This document shows, piece by piece, positions 51,219-59,944 of a DNA stretch of 124,000 nt (position 1 is its first letter; each line of letters opens with the position of its first letter). The stretch comes from Hyalangium minutum (GTDB lineage: Bacteria > Myxococcota > Myxococcia > Myxococcales > Myxococcaceae). The stretch is from positions 20,001 through 144,000 of the forward strand of contig NZ_JMCB01000003.1 of the NCBI RefSeq assembly GCF_000737315.1. The letters run 5' to 3'. The notes beneath the pieces were generated by a model, which was given only the letters and a program-made list of their open reading frames with translations, was not told where the DNA came from and searched no databases. A program made the translations under genes and the position numbers.

Positions 51219-51956
51219 TCAGCTCTTGCCGGCTTCCGTCGGCTGCTGAGCACGCAAGGTCAGCTCGCGTTCCTGCTGAGCCTTCAGCTTGCGGAACTCC
51301 TTCACGACCTTGGTCGGGTAGCCGGCGATGAACTTCTTCCGGGACTCGCGCTTGGCGAGGATCTTCTTCGCCAGCCCCGGGCCCGCGTTGTACGCGACGA
51401 GCGCGTGCTCCACGTTGCCGAAGCGCTGGATGAGGTTGGCCAGGTACGCGGTGCCCAGCTCGATGTTCGTCTCCGCGTCGAACAGGTTGGTGGAGCGCCC
51501 CAGCCGGAAGCCCGCCTTGTCCGCCAGGTAGGTGCCCGTGTCCGGCATCACCTGCATCAGGCCCATGGCCCCCACGCCGGACACCGCGTAGTTGTTGAAC
51601 GAGCTCTCGCAGCGGATGAGCGCAATCACCAGCATCGGGTCGATGTCGTTGCGCTGGGCCTCGCGGACGATGGCCACCGCCACCCGCCGCTGCTGCCGGA
51701 GCGGCAGGCCCGAGGCCCTCACCGCCTCCGCCACCCCCAGGCGCATCGCCTCCTGGAAGTGGACCTCATCCTCGTACGCCTGCAGGCGGGCCTGCGCCTC
51801 CCGAAGCGCTGCCTCGCGCTCGGCCAGCTTCGCTTTCAGCTCCTCCACCTGAGGCGCCTCCACCACCGTCCTGTCGGGGACCAGCAAGGGATAGCTGGGA
51901 ATGGCCGCCCCCGTCATCACCGCCGCCGCCGCCGCCGCCACCGTCCAACGCCGCAT
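51219..51956 (-). CDS. Lytic transglycosylase (SLT domain)
   Basis: IRCESSF, GAMGLMQVMP, AYNAGP. Confidence 0.88.
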   Translation of the reverse strand: MRRWTVAAAAAAVMTGAAIPSYPLLVPDRTVVEAPQVEELKAKLAEREAALREAQARLQAYEDEVHFQEAMRLGVAEAVRASGLPLRQQRRVAVAIVREAQRNDIDPMLVIALIRCESSFNNYAVSGVGAMGLMQVMPDTGTYLADKAGFRLGRSTNLFDAETNIELGTAYLANLIQRFGNVEHALVAYNAGPGLAKKILAKRESRKKFIAGYPTKVVKEFRKLKAQQERELTLRAQQPTEAGKS

Positions 51957-52165
51957 GTCCTACCTCCCCCATCCACCCAAACTGCCACCGGCCACACCTG
52001 CCTTTCCGCTAAGCACCCGCCGTGCCAGCGTCCGAGTCTCAGTTCTAGATCATTAAGATCCCTAGGAAACAGAAGCGGGTGCGTGGACGAAGGTCGGGGA
52101 GTGAAGGTCGGTAGAAATGCCCGGATGGGGAAATGCTTTACCCACAACGAGGCTGTTGAAAGCTC

Positions 52166-52180
52166 TGGCACGGTGATCGC
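52166..52180 (+). promoter_or_regulatory. Putative sigma-54 promoter
   Basis: TGGCACGGTGATCGC (one mismatch to consensus), 75 nt upstream of the small-protein start. Confidence 0.5.
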
Positions 52181-52254
52181 GAGCCCTTGCCGGGGCAAAG
52201 GGGGCTCCCTAGCTTCGCCCACATTGACGGGTGTGTGGCCAGGAGGGCGGCGGC

Positions 52255-52410
52255 GTGTATTGGACAATGAGCATCATCCTGTTCGTGCTGTGGATGTTGG
52301 GGCTGATCACCGGCTCCACCGAGGGCTACTGGGTCTATCTCCTGTTGCTCTTCTCGATGGTGTCGCTGGTGCTGGCGGTGTCGAACCGTGGGAAGCGGTT
52401 GGTGGCATGA
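52255..52410 (+). CDS. Small membrane protein, lmo0937/DUF5670-like (not in ORF track)
   Basis: GTG after GGAGGG; MYWTMSIILFVLWMLGLITGSTEGYWVYLLLLFSMVSLVLAVSNRGKRLVA; ATGA overlap with the next gene. Confidence 0.7.
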   Translation: MYWTMSIILFVLWMLGLITGSTEGYWVYLLLLFSMVSLVLAVSNRGKRLVA

Positions 52411-52964
52411 GCGCGCCGCAGGGGCTGGAGATCGAGCTGCCTCGGGATGCCTCCGGCTTCGTGCGGCGGCAGTGCCCGAGCTGCCTGCGCATCTTCAAGA
52501 CGCGCCCGAGCCGGTTCGATGCGCGGAGCCTGCAGCGCCGGCTCCTGGTGATGTTCCCCTTCGAGAATCCGCACGAGGGCTATGAGCCGGTGCCCACGTG
52601 GACGTGCTTCTACTGTGGACACCAGGCCGACGCGGACGAGTGGCTGGTCCGGGACCACGTGGCGTACCTGGAGTCGCTGGCGAGGGGGCTCGCCAACCAC
52701 GTGCGCTACGAGCAGCTCGCCCATGTGACGCGCACGCTGTCGCTGAACCCGCGGCCCACCTTCGTGGCCGTGCCGCCCGAGGCGCTGCCTCAGGGCATGC
52801 CGGACGAGCCGGAGGATCTGCGCCCCCTCTATCTGGTGTGCTGCGCGGATGATGTGAAGGCGCTCTGGGACTGGGACGGCCCGTTCTACTGCCCTCGGTG
52901 CGGCGCGCACCACGGGGGCCTGGCTGGCCGCCAGCAGGTCCACCTGGAGTTCATCCAGGAGTAG
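52407..52964 (+). CDS. Hypothetical multi-CxxC (Zn-binding) protein
   Basis: CPSC, CFYC, CC, CPRC. Confidence 0.7.
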   Translation: MSAPQGLEIELPRDASGFVRRQCPSCLRIFKTRPSRFDARSLQRRLLVMFPFENPHEGYEPVPTWTCFYCGHQADADEWLVRDHVAYLESLARGLANHVRYEQLAHVTRTLSLNPRPTFVAVPPEALPQGMPDEPEDLRPLYLVCCADDVKALWDWDGPFYCPRCGAHHGGLAGRQQVHLEFIQE

Positions 52965-53000
52965 ACGCCACCCGCTCGGCCAGAGCAGGCTGTCGGGCCC

Positions 53001-54068
53001 ATGCGGATGGCACGAGTCGCGGTGCCGCTGATCTTGCTGCTCGGAGCAGGGGCGGCCCGCGCGCACGACGCGGACATCATCTATACGCAGGTTCGGCGCA
53101 CCGATCCTGGGAGCGCCGAGGTTCGCGTGCGGCTGACGCTCACCGGGAGCACGCTGAGCCTGCTGGTGCCCACGGATGCGGAGGGTGATGGGGCGGTCTC
53201 GCAGGCGGATCTGGAGGCGCGCCGCCCGGCCCTCGAGGTAGGGATCTGGGATGCGCTGCCGCTCACCGCTGGAGGGCAGCCCTGCACGCGCCAGGCGCAC
53301 GTCGCCAAGCGGGTCGAGTCGTACGTGGAGCTGACCGCCACCTTCCAATGTCCGCCTGGCCCCCTGCGGCAGACGTACACGGTGCTCTCGGTGCTGCCGG
53401 CCAACTACCGGGTGGTGCTGGGCTCCTATGGAGGGGAGGGGGGCCAGCTCTTCGCGGACGCCGTGCGGCCCAGCCTGGACATCCCCGAGCGAGGCGGCTC
53501 GGCCCGGAGCACCTTCGCTCCGGGCTTCGTGGGCTGGGTCCAACTGGGGATGAAGCACATCTTCGAGGGCATCGACCACCTCGCCTTCCTGATCGCGCTG
53601 CTGCTGGTGGGGGGCAGCCTCAAGCGGGTGCTGGGGATGGTGACGGCCTTCACGGTGGCGCACTCGCTCACCCTGGGAGCCACGGCGCTGGGCTTCATTC
53701 TCCTGGACACGGCGCGGACGCGCTGGGTGGAGGCGGCCATTGCTGTCTCCATCATCTATGTGGCGGCGGAGAACCTGTTGTTGCGTGAACACCGCCACCG
53801 GGCGCTGCTGACGTTCCTCTTCGGACTGGTGCACGGCTTTGGCTTCGCCAGCGTGCTGAGCGCCTACGGGCTGGGGGAGCAGGTGGCGTCCGGCCTGTTC
53901 GGCTTCAACCTCGGGGTGGAGCTGGGGCAGGCGGTGATCGTCACGGCTTTGCTGCCCCTCATGCGGCTGATTCAGCGCCGGCCCAGAGTGAACCTGTGGA
54001 CGGTGCGAGCGCTCTCCTCCGTCATCCTCTGCGCGGGAGCGTGGTGGTTGTATTCGCGCATCGGTTGA
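53001..54068 (+). CDS. HupE/UreJ family protein
   Basis: HIFEGIDHL, FTVAHSLTL, HGFGFA, FNLGVELGQ. Confidence 0.9.
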   Translation: MRMARVAVPLILLLGAGAARAHDADIIYTQVRRTDPGSAEVRVRLTLTGSTLSLLVPTDAEGDGAVSQADLEARRPALEVGIWDALPLTAGGQPCTRQAHVAKRVESYVELTATFQCPPGPLRQTYTVLSVLPANYRVVLGSYGGEGGQLFADAVRPSLDIPERGGSARSTFAPGFVGWVQLGMKHIFEGIDHLAFLIALLLVGGSLKRVLGMVTAFTVAHSLTLGATALGFILLDTARTRWVEAAIAVSIIYVAAENLLLREHRHRALLTFLFGLVHGFGFASVLSAYGLGEQVASGLFGFNLGVELGQAVIVTALLPLMRLIQRRPRVNLWTVRALSSVILCAGAWWLYSRIG

Positions 54069-54130
54069 AGTCTCGCGACCCCATCCCTAACTTGCCGCGG
54101 AAGGTCACGGTAGGGAGAAGGGGGACGCAG

Positions 54131-54601
54131 ATGGGAGCGAGGCATACTCGCTTGGCGGCGGCGCTCGCCGCTGCTTGGGAAGCCGAAGTGGTCTCGGCGC
54201 GCCGCATGACGGCTCTGGCCGAGCGCGTCGGAGATCCGCGAGCACGGGCGCGCTTGATGGTGCTGGCCGCCTTCTGCCGGGCCCATGCGTCCCGATTGCT
54301 GGCCCGCCTGGCGGCGCTCGGCCGAGGCCCTCTGCCCGTGCCCTCCGAGGACATCGACGTCAGCGCGGACCTGGCCCTGGAGCTGCGGAGGGAGGGAGCG
54401 TTCGCCCGCACTGCCGCCTCGCGTTATGAGTCCACGGCGGAGATGGCGCGCCAGCACGCGGATCTGTCGTCCGCGTGGGTCTGCGAGCTCAACCGTACGG
54501 AAGAGCAGGATCGGTCCCGGGAGCTGCTCTCCCTGGCCGAGGGCGTGCTGCCTCCGGTGGGGCTCGAGGACTCGGCGGCTGCGGCTCCGGCCGATTCCTA
54601 G
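54131..54601 (+). CDS. Ferritin-like four-helix hypothetical protein
   Basis: Helical pattern resembling rubrerythrin, metal ligands largely absent. Confidence 0.5.
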   Translation: MGARHTRLAAALAAAWEAEVVSARRMTALAERVGDPRARARLMVLAAFCRAHASRLLARLAALGRGPLPVPSEDIDVSADLALELRREGAFARTAASRYESTAEMARQHADLSSAWVCELNRTEEQDRSRELLSLAEGVLPPVGLEDSAAAAPADS

Positions 54602-54660
54602 GCCGCCCGGGGCGCACTCCTGCTGACAGCCGCTGGGGCTTGGGCGTATGAATGCGTCCC

Positions 54661-55434
54661 ATGGCGAAGGCGGAGAGCTACAACGATCTCATCTTCCAGC
54701 TCGGCGATCTGGCGCGGGACCGTCTGCCCGGTAAGCCGAACTGCCCGCGGACCATGGACCGCGTCTACCGCGCCGAGGAGGGGCTGGTGGCGCGGCGCGA
54801 TGAGCTGGGGGCGCTCGAGCAGGAGATGAACGAAGAGGATGCGTCCTGGCAGGACTTCCAGGCGCAGCAGGCTCAGGAGAAGGCAGGGCTCCAGGTCACC
54901 ATCAAGAAGTTCAAGAAGGCCGTGGACGCCATCGAGGGCAAGGTGCGCGAGATGCGCAAGGCGCTCTCCTCCAAGAAGGCCGAGCTGCGCTACGGCTTGG
55001 ACGGCCTGAAGAAGCTCGAGGCGAAGATCCACGACATGGAGATGACGCGCAAAGACCCCCTCGAGGTGGCGACCGCGCGCGAGAACCTGAAGAAGAACCG
55101 GCTGAAGATGATGCGCATGCAGCGCGACATCGAACAGATTCAGGACGATCTGGATCAGGCGCTCACGCCGGTTCCGGGCCAGCCTGGGGCGCCGGGCATC
55201 CTGGCGCACAAGCGCATGCTCGAGATCCAGGACGAGGCGGAGGAGCGCAAGGACGCCTTCGAGCAGCGGATGGCGGAGCTGGACGAGGCCATCGGCCAGA
55301 AGGAGCAGGAGATCCAGGCGGCGGAAGACTATTTGGATCAGGCGTTGTTCCTGCTCGGCGAAGACGTCTATAAGCAGCGGATCGCCGATGCCCAGCTGGC
55401 GCCGTTCTACCCGAGACTCGATCGCGCCCAGTGA
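54661..55434 (+). CDS. Hypothetical coiled-coil protein
   Basis: Long heptad-rich ORF with typical codon usage. Confidence 0.7.
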   Translation: MAKAESYNDLIFQLGDLARDRLPGKPNCPRTMDRVYRAEEGLVARRDELGALEQEMNEEDASWQDFQAQQAQEKAGLQVTIKKFKKAVDAIEGKVREMRKALSSKKAELRYGLDGLKKLEAKIHDMEMTRKDPLEVATARENLKKNRLKMMRMQRDIEQIQDDLDQALTPVPGQPGAPGILAHKRMLEIQDEAEERKDAFEQRMAELDEAIGQKEQEIQAAEDYLDQALFLLGEDVYKQRIADAQLAPFYPRLDRAQ

Positions 55435-55455
55435 GGGCGGATCCGCTATCGGTGC

Positions 55456-55483
55456 TTGACGGCAGGGGTGCGTCTGCTAGATT
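55456..55483 (+). promoter_or_regulatory. Sigma-70-type promoter of rplC
   Basis: TTGACG-16nt-TAGATT with TGn extended -10. Confidence 0.55.
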
Positions 55484-55567
55484 GCGCCGCTTCCTGCAGC
55501 CCGGAAGGGCTAGGCAGCGGATTTCATTGAGTTTTTCTGCGCCACGCGCGCTCGCAGTGAGGATGAC

Positions 55568-56236
55568 TTGAAGGGTCTCATTGGCAAGAAGATCGGAATG
55601 ACCCAGGTGTTCAACGACGAGGGCAACCTCGTGCCGGTCACCGTGATCGACGTGAACACCTGCCAGGTGGTGGGTAAGCGGACGCCCGAGAAGGATCAGT
55701 ACTCGGCCGTGACTCTGGGCTACGGGGAGATCCGCGAGAAGGTCCTGACGCAGGCGCAGAAGGGCTTCTTCAAGAAGAACAACGCGACTGCGCGCCGGCA
55801 CCTGAAGGAGTTCCGGGTGACGACGGAGGAGGCCGCGAAGTTCAACGTGGGCGACGCGGTGAAGGCGGACCTGTTCACCAAGGGCCAGTTGGTGGACGTC
55901 ACCGGCACCACGAAGGGCCGTGGCTTCCAGGGCGTCATGCGCCGGTGGAGCTTCAAGGGCTCGCAGACGAAGACGCACGGTACGCACGAGTATCAGCGTC
56001 ACCCGGGCGCCATCGGTCAGCGTAAGACGCCGGGCCGTACCTACCCGAACAAGAAGATGCCGGGTCACTACGGCGTGGAGCAGGTGACCACGCAGAACCT
56101 GACGATCGTCGACGTGGACACGGAGAAGGGCCTGCTGCTGATCAAGGGCGCCGTCCCCGGCCACAACGAGGCGATTGTCTACGTGAAGCCGGCCATCAAG
56201 CTGGCGATGCGCGAGCAGCACAAGGCCGCCCGCTAG
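55568..56236 (+). CDS. rplC: 50S ribosomal protein L3
   Basis: TTG start; GKKIGMTQVF, PVTVI, KGRGFQG, KMPGHYG. Confidence 0.96.
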   Translation: MKGLIGKKIGMTQVFNDEGNLVPVTVIDVNTCQVVGKRTPEKDQYSAVTLGYGEIREKVLTQAQKGFFKKNNATARRHLKEFRVTTEEAAKFNVGDAVKADLFTKGQLVDVTGTTKGRGFQGVMRRWSFKGSQTKTHGTHEYQRHPGAIGQRKTPGRTYPNKKMPGHYGVEQVTTQNLTIVDVDTEKGLLLIKGAVPGHNEAIVYVKPAIKLAMREQHKAAR

Positions 56237-56261
56237 TTTCTCGCGGCGGAGCTTGAGACTG

Positions 56262-56310
56262 ACGCCCCGTACTGGAGCCCTCGAGGGTTCCGGGCGGGGC
56301 GTTCGTTTTT
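56262..56310 (+). terminator. Intrinsic terminator after rplC
   Basis: CGCCCCG...CGGGGCG stem followed by TTCGTTTTT. Confidence 0.7.
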
Positions 56311-56324
56311 GTAGGGAGGGAGCT

Positions 56325-56873
56325 TCAGGGCTCCATGGCTTCAGGTGGGAGGAGGCCAGTGCTCCCGGCCGCTTGGCGTGCGTCGGAGACGGCTCCCATG
56401 ATGCGCCCCGACTGGGGGAAGAGCTGCTCTGCCCTCGCGCTGAGTTCCAGCGCTTGAGGGAGTTGCTTCTCCATCTCCAAGTGACGGATGAGCCCAGCCC
56501 AGGCGTCCTCAAGGCTCGAAAGTGCCTTGGCGGCGCCCTCTTCCAGGAGTTTGCGCGCCTGGGCGGGTTCATGGCGGTGCGTGTCCAGGAAGTAGCCGAG
56601 CTCAATGAGTGCGTCGGCACTCCGATCCGAGGCTTGAACGGCTCGCTCCAGCAGCCGGTGGACCTCGGTGAGCATGGCTTCAGCCTCCGTGCCCGGCTCA
56701 TCAACGAGCCGTAGCAAGCGCGCAAGGCGAAGGAGGTTGGGCGTGAACGCGGGGCATGCCTCGGCGAGCTCCCGGTAGGACCTCAGCTGATCAAGACCAC
56801 TATGCGAAGCATCCCCTGCGGCGTTGGCGGCCTGGAACTTCGCGAGCAACTCTTCGAGGGGAAGGTGGGCCAT
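56325..56873 (-). CDS. Helical/TPR-like hypothetical protein (possible immunity partner)
   Basis: 182 aa, 5 nt downstream of the lipoprotein gene. Confidence 0.6.
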   Translation of the reverse strand: MAHLPLEELLAKFQAANAAGDASHSGLDQLRSYRELAEACPAFTPNLLRLARLLRLVDEPGTEAEAMLTEVHRLLERAVQASDRSADALIELGYFLDTHRHEPAQARKLLEEGAAKALSSLEDAWAGLIRHLEMEKQLPQALELSARAEQLFPQSGRIMGAVSDARQAAGSTGLLPPEAMEP

Positions 56874-56878
56874 GGCGC

Positions 56879-57325
56879 TTACTTCTCCATCAGACGGGAT
56901 TGTTCCTCGATGAGCTTCCGTGCCGTCTGCAGCTGAGCTTGGGTGGCGAGGCTGAAGTCGTTCTTGTCCAGCATGGTCTTGATCTCGAACAGGGTGAAGT
57001 CCTTCAACTGGGAGGGGAAGTCCTTGACCCGCCGGAGTCGCGCGGGGCTCTCGCCCAACTTCGTGGAGAGCACGGAGATGCGCTGGAGCATTCGCGCAGC
57101 CACCTCCTTGCCGATGAGCCCAGAGGCTGAGCCTTCAGCGATCAAAGCCTGAGCCTCGGTGAATTGTCCCTTGGCAATCAGTGCCCAGATGCGCGCACTC
57201 GCTGAGCCGCCCTTAAGCCGGATACCTTCCTCTGGCTCAGCTTCTGGGAGGACGTGGCTGTCCACGTGACTGCACCCATGGAGGCAGAACACGATCAAAC
57301 CGATGATCAGCATGTGACAGCGCAT
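56879..57325 (-). CDS. Small hypothetical lipoprotein
   Basis: Lipobox LHGC; more A/T-rich codons than the neighbours. Confidence 0.6.
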   Translation of the reverse strand: MRCHMLIIGLIVFCLHGCSHVDSHVLPEAEPEEGIRLKGGSASARIWALIAKGQFTEAQALIAEGSASGLIGKEVAARMLQRISVLSTKLGESPARLRRVKDFPSQLKDFTLFEIKTMLDKNDFSLATQAQLQTARKLIEEQSRLMEK

Positions 57326-57632
57326 GACGCCCCCCTTTGCTGACTCCTCGATTCTACCTGCTGTGGCTGCCCGCAGACTGGACTCGTCAGCCTGGCCTTC
57401 CGTAGGAGCCCATTCGTCACAAGGGCTGCGGCCGCTCCACCCCCGAAGAGGAGCACTCCGGTCCCAAGCCCGAGGGCAAAGGCGGCACCGGTCAGCCCGC
57501 CGCCTTCCCGCCGCGCAACTGATCCTGATCCACGCGGCACCCGCGGTTCACGGGGTAGGTGGGTGTAGGCTCTGACGCCTTCCGCCTGGGTTCTCCACGA
57601 GTCCCGGCGCCCCGTCCTGGAGCCAACACTGG

Positions 57633-57653
57633 CCCGGGCGGGGCGTTCGTTTT
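57633..57653. repeat. 21-bp direct repeat, second copy (first at 56290-56310)
   Basis: CCGGGCGGGGCGTTCGTTTTT is identical at both positions. Confidence 0.85.
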
Positions 57654-57896
57654 TCCAGCCGGATTCTTACTCCCTGGGGCGGATTGGGCGCTGAAACGTC
57701 GGCCATCGTGCGCTCCTGCTGATGGCCGTGAAAAAAGTGCACGGTCCGGGGTACAGCGCACCTTGCCCCTTGGGCATCGGATGTGCACTTGGATGCGCCA
57801 ACGCGGAGCCAAGCGTCGCTGGGACGCTCGGTCTCCTTGGGAGTGCTGATCCTCAGCTTCATCGCGGCTCGCCCCACGGGCCGCACCCGAGTCTCT

Positions 57897-58718
57897 ATGT
57901 TGACCGTCCGTTCACTACGCGTGCTCGCCTCGATGATCCTGGCCCTGACGGCCCTGAGCGCCGCCGGGCAGCAGGAGCAGACCCTGGAGGGCGTGGTCGT
58001 CCGCAACCGACTCTATCGGCCCGCGGGCAACCTCGAGTTCTCCCCGAGTGTGGGCGTCTCCATGCTCACCTATCTCACGGCCCACTACACAGTGGACCTC
58101 GGGGTGGCCTACAACCTCTTCGACACCTTCGCCGTGGAAGGCCGCGCAGGCTACGCGTTCAGCCGGCAGACGGGCCTGGCCCGCTCCATCTCTGAGAGCT
58201 TCCTCAACCGCGACGACAAGAAGATCACCGACGAGCTCGAGGATCTCTGGCGGATGAACTTCCACGCCGTCGGCGGCCTGCGCTGGGCGCCCGTGTACGG
58301 GAAGCTCTCGCTCATGGCCGAGGTGCCCACCCACTTCCAGGCCTACCTCTGGGCCGGCGGCGGGGTGGCCTCGTTCAAGCGCCAGTCCCTGATCCAGTGC
58401 TCCCAGGTGGTGAACCGCGAGTTCGGCGTCTGCGACAACCGCTCGGATCCGCTGGATCGCTCCTCCGCTACCGAGAACTTCTGGGTGAAGGAGACGCGCG
58501 TGTCCCCCGTGGTAAGCGCCGCCGTGGGTCTGCGCTTCTTCGCCTTCGAGCGGCACGGCGTGAAGTTCGAGCTCCGGGACTGGGTGTTCCGCGACGCCTA
58601 CCGCGTGGCGCTGAACCGGGATGACTGGGAGGCGGGCCAGGAAACGGGAACGGTCGCGCCCAGCCCGGGCCTCACGCACCTCGTTCAATTCGACATTGGC
58701 TACACCTTCATCTTCTAG
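57897..58718 (+). CDS. nfsA: Outer-membrane beta-barrel, NfsA/Glt family
   Basis: Signal peptide, VVRNRLY, terminal aromatic beta strand; first gene of the eight-gene cluster. Confidence 0.7.
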   Translation: MLTVRSLRVLASMILALTALSAAGQQEQTLEGVVVRNRLYRPAGNLEFSPSVGVSMLTYLTAHYTVDLGVAYNLFDTFAVEGRAGYAFSRQTGLARSISESFLNRDDKKITDELEDLWRMNFHAVGGLRWAPVYGKLSLMAEVPTHFQAYLWAGGGVASFKRQSLIQCSQVVNREFGVCDNRSDPLDRSSATENFWVKETRVSPVVSAAVGLRFFAFERHGVKFELRDWVFRDAYRVALNRDDWEAGQETGTVAPSPGLTHLVQFDIGYTFIF

Positions 58719-58723
58719 ACACC

Positions 58724-59944
58724 ATGCGAACGATCCTGTCCTTCGCGGTTCTTCTGTCGACGGTCGCTGGGGCTGATCCGGCCCTCGCTCAGGCCGCACC
58801 CACGGTGCCCGCTCCGGGCGCCGAGTCTTCCATCCCTCCCGACATGGCCCCCGTGGCGGCGCCTCAGTCGGCTCAGCACGAGATGGGCTCTTCCGTGCCG
58901 GACGAGCAGCCCGTGGCCACGCCGCGTGCGCGTCCTCAGCGTGTAGGGGAGGACGCTGCCGAGGAGACTCCCGCTTCCGAGGAGGCTCCGGCTCCAGCCG
59001 AGGCTGCTGCCCCTGCTGCGAACCCGCCTGCCGCGGATGCGCCCCTGGCAGTGGCGGACGTGGACACCGAGCTGCGCACCACGACGCCCGAGCAGCAGCG
59101 GCTGGTGCACGGCGCGCCGCTCTACAACCCGAACGTCTCCGTCCACATCGTCCAGAAGAAGCGCTTCGCGGACGAGGGCAAGCACGAGTTCGCGCTCTAC
59201 CCGCTGGCGGTCCAGGTGAACGGCAAGTTCACCAACCACGCGGGCAGCGCGCTCCACTACACGTACCACGTGCAGGAGAACTTCGCGCTCCAGGTCTCCG
59301 GCATCTACAACTGGCACTCCAACGAGAGCCGCTTCAACCTGGAGCTGATCGACAAGGTCCGCGAGCAGGCCCAGGCGGCCTCCTCGCTGCTGCTCCAGTG
59401 GGGCGCTCAGGCCGGCGTCGAGGTGACGCCGCTGTACGGCAAGTTCGCCTTCTATGACGACCAGCTCGCTCAGTTCAGCCTGATCATCAACGGCGGTGCG
59501 GGCTTCGGCGGCACGCGGCACCTGATCCGCCCGGAGGTCGCCAACCAGGTGGAGGGACAGACCTTCACCGTCCCCGCGCGCTTCGGAGACGCGGGCACCC
59601 GGTTCGTCGGCTCCGTGGGCGGCGGCTTCCGCGTCCAGTTCGGTGACTCCTATGCGGTGCGGCTCGAGGTGAGGGATCTCGTCTACACCGCCCGCGTCGA
59701 TCGCGTGGACGGCTGCAACCTCTCCGACTTCGAGAAGCTCGAGGCAGCGCGCTCGGCCAACCAGCCCTTCGCCAACCTGGACCTCAGCGGCGGCTGCAAG
59801 TTCCAGAAGTTCGACGGCGTGGACCCGGACACGAAGAAGAACTACCGCGAGGACATCATCCTCGGGAGGGATCTGGTGGCTGAGCCCTCCTCGGACGTCC
59901 TCAACAACGTGAGCTTCTACGCCGGCTTCTCGATCCTCTTCTGA
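58724..59944 (+). CDS. nfsB: Outer-membrane beta-barrel, NfsB/Glt family
   Basis: IVQKK..QVNGKFT.H; C-terminal YAGFSILF. Confidence 0.7.
   Translation: MRTILSFAVLLSTVAGADPALAQAAPTVPAPGAESSIPPDMAPVAAPQSAQHEMGSSVPDEQPVATPRARPQRVGEDAAEETPASEEAPAPAEAAAPAANPPAADAPLAVADVDTELRTTTPEQQRLVHGAPLYNPNVSVHIVQKKRFADEGKHEFALYPLAVQVNGKFTNHAGSALHYTYHVQENFALQVSGIYNWHSNESRFNLELIDKVREQAQAASSLLLQWGAQAGVEVTPLYGKFAFYDDQLAQFSLIINGGAGFGGTRHLIRPEVANQVEGQTFTVPARFGDAGTRFVGSVGGGFRVQFGDSYAVRLEVRDLVYTARVDRVDGCNLSDFEKLEAARSANQPFANLDLSGGCKFQKFDGVDPDTKKNYREDIILGRDLVAEPSSDVLNNVSFYAGFSILF

Noticed and set aside
57307-57540. Short minus-strand ORF with a Gly/Ala hydrophobic stretch inside the repeat-flanked cassette
   Set aside because: No RBS or family match; at most a gene remnant
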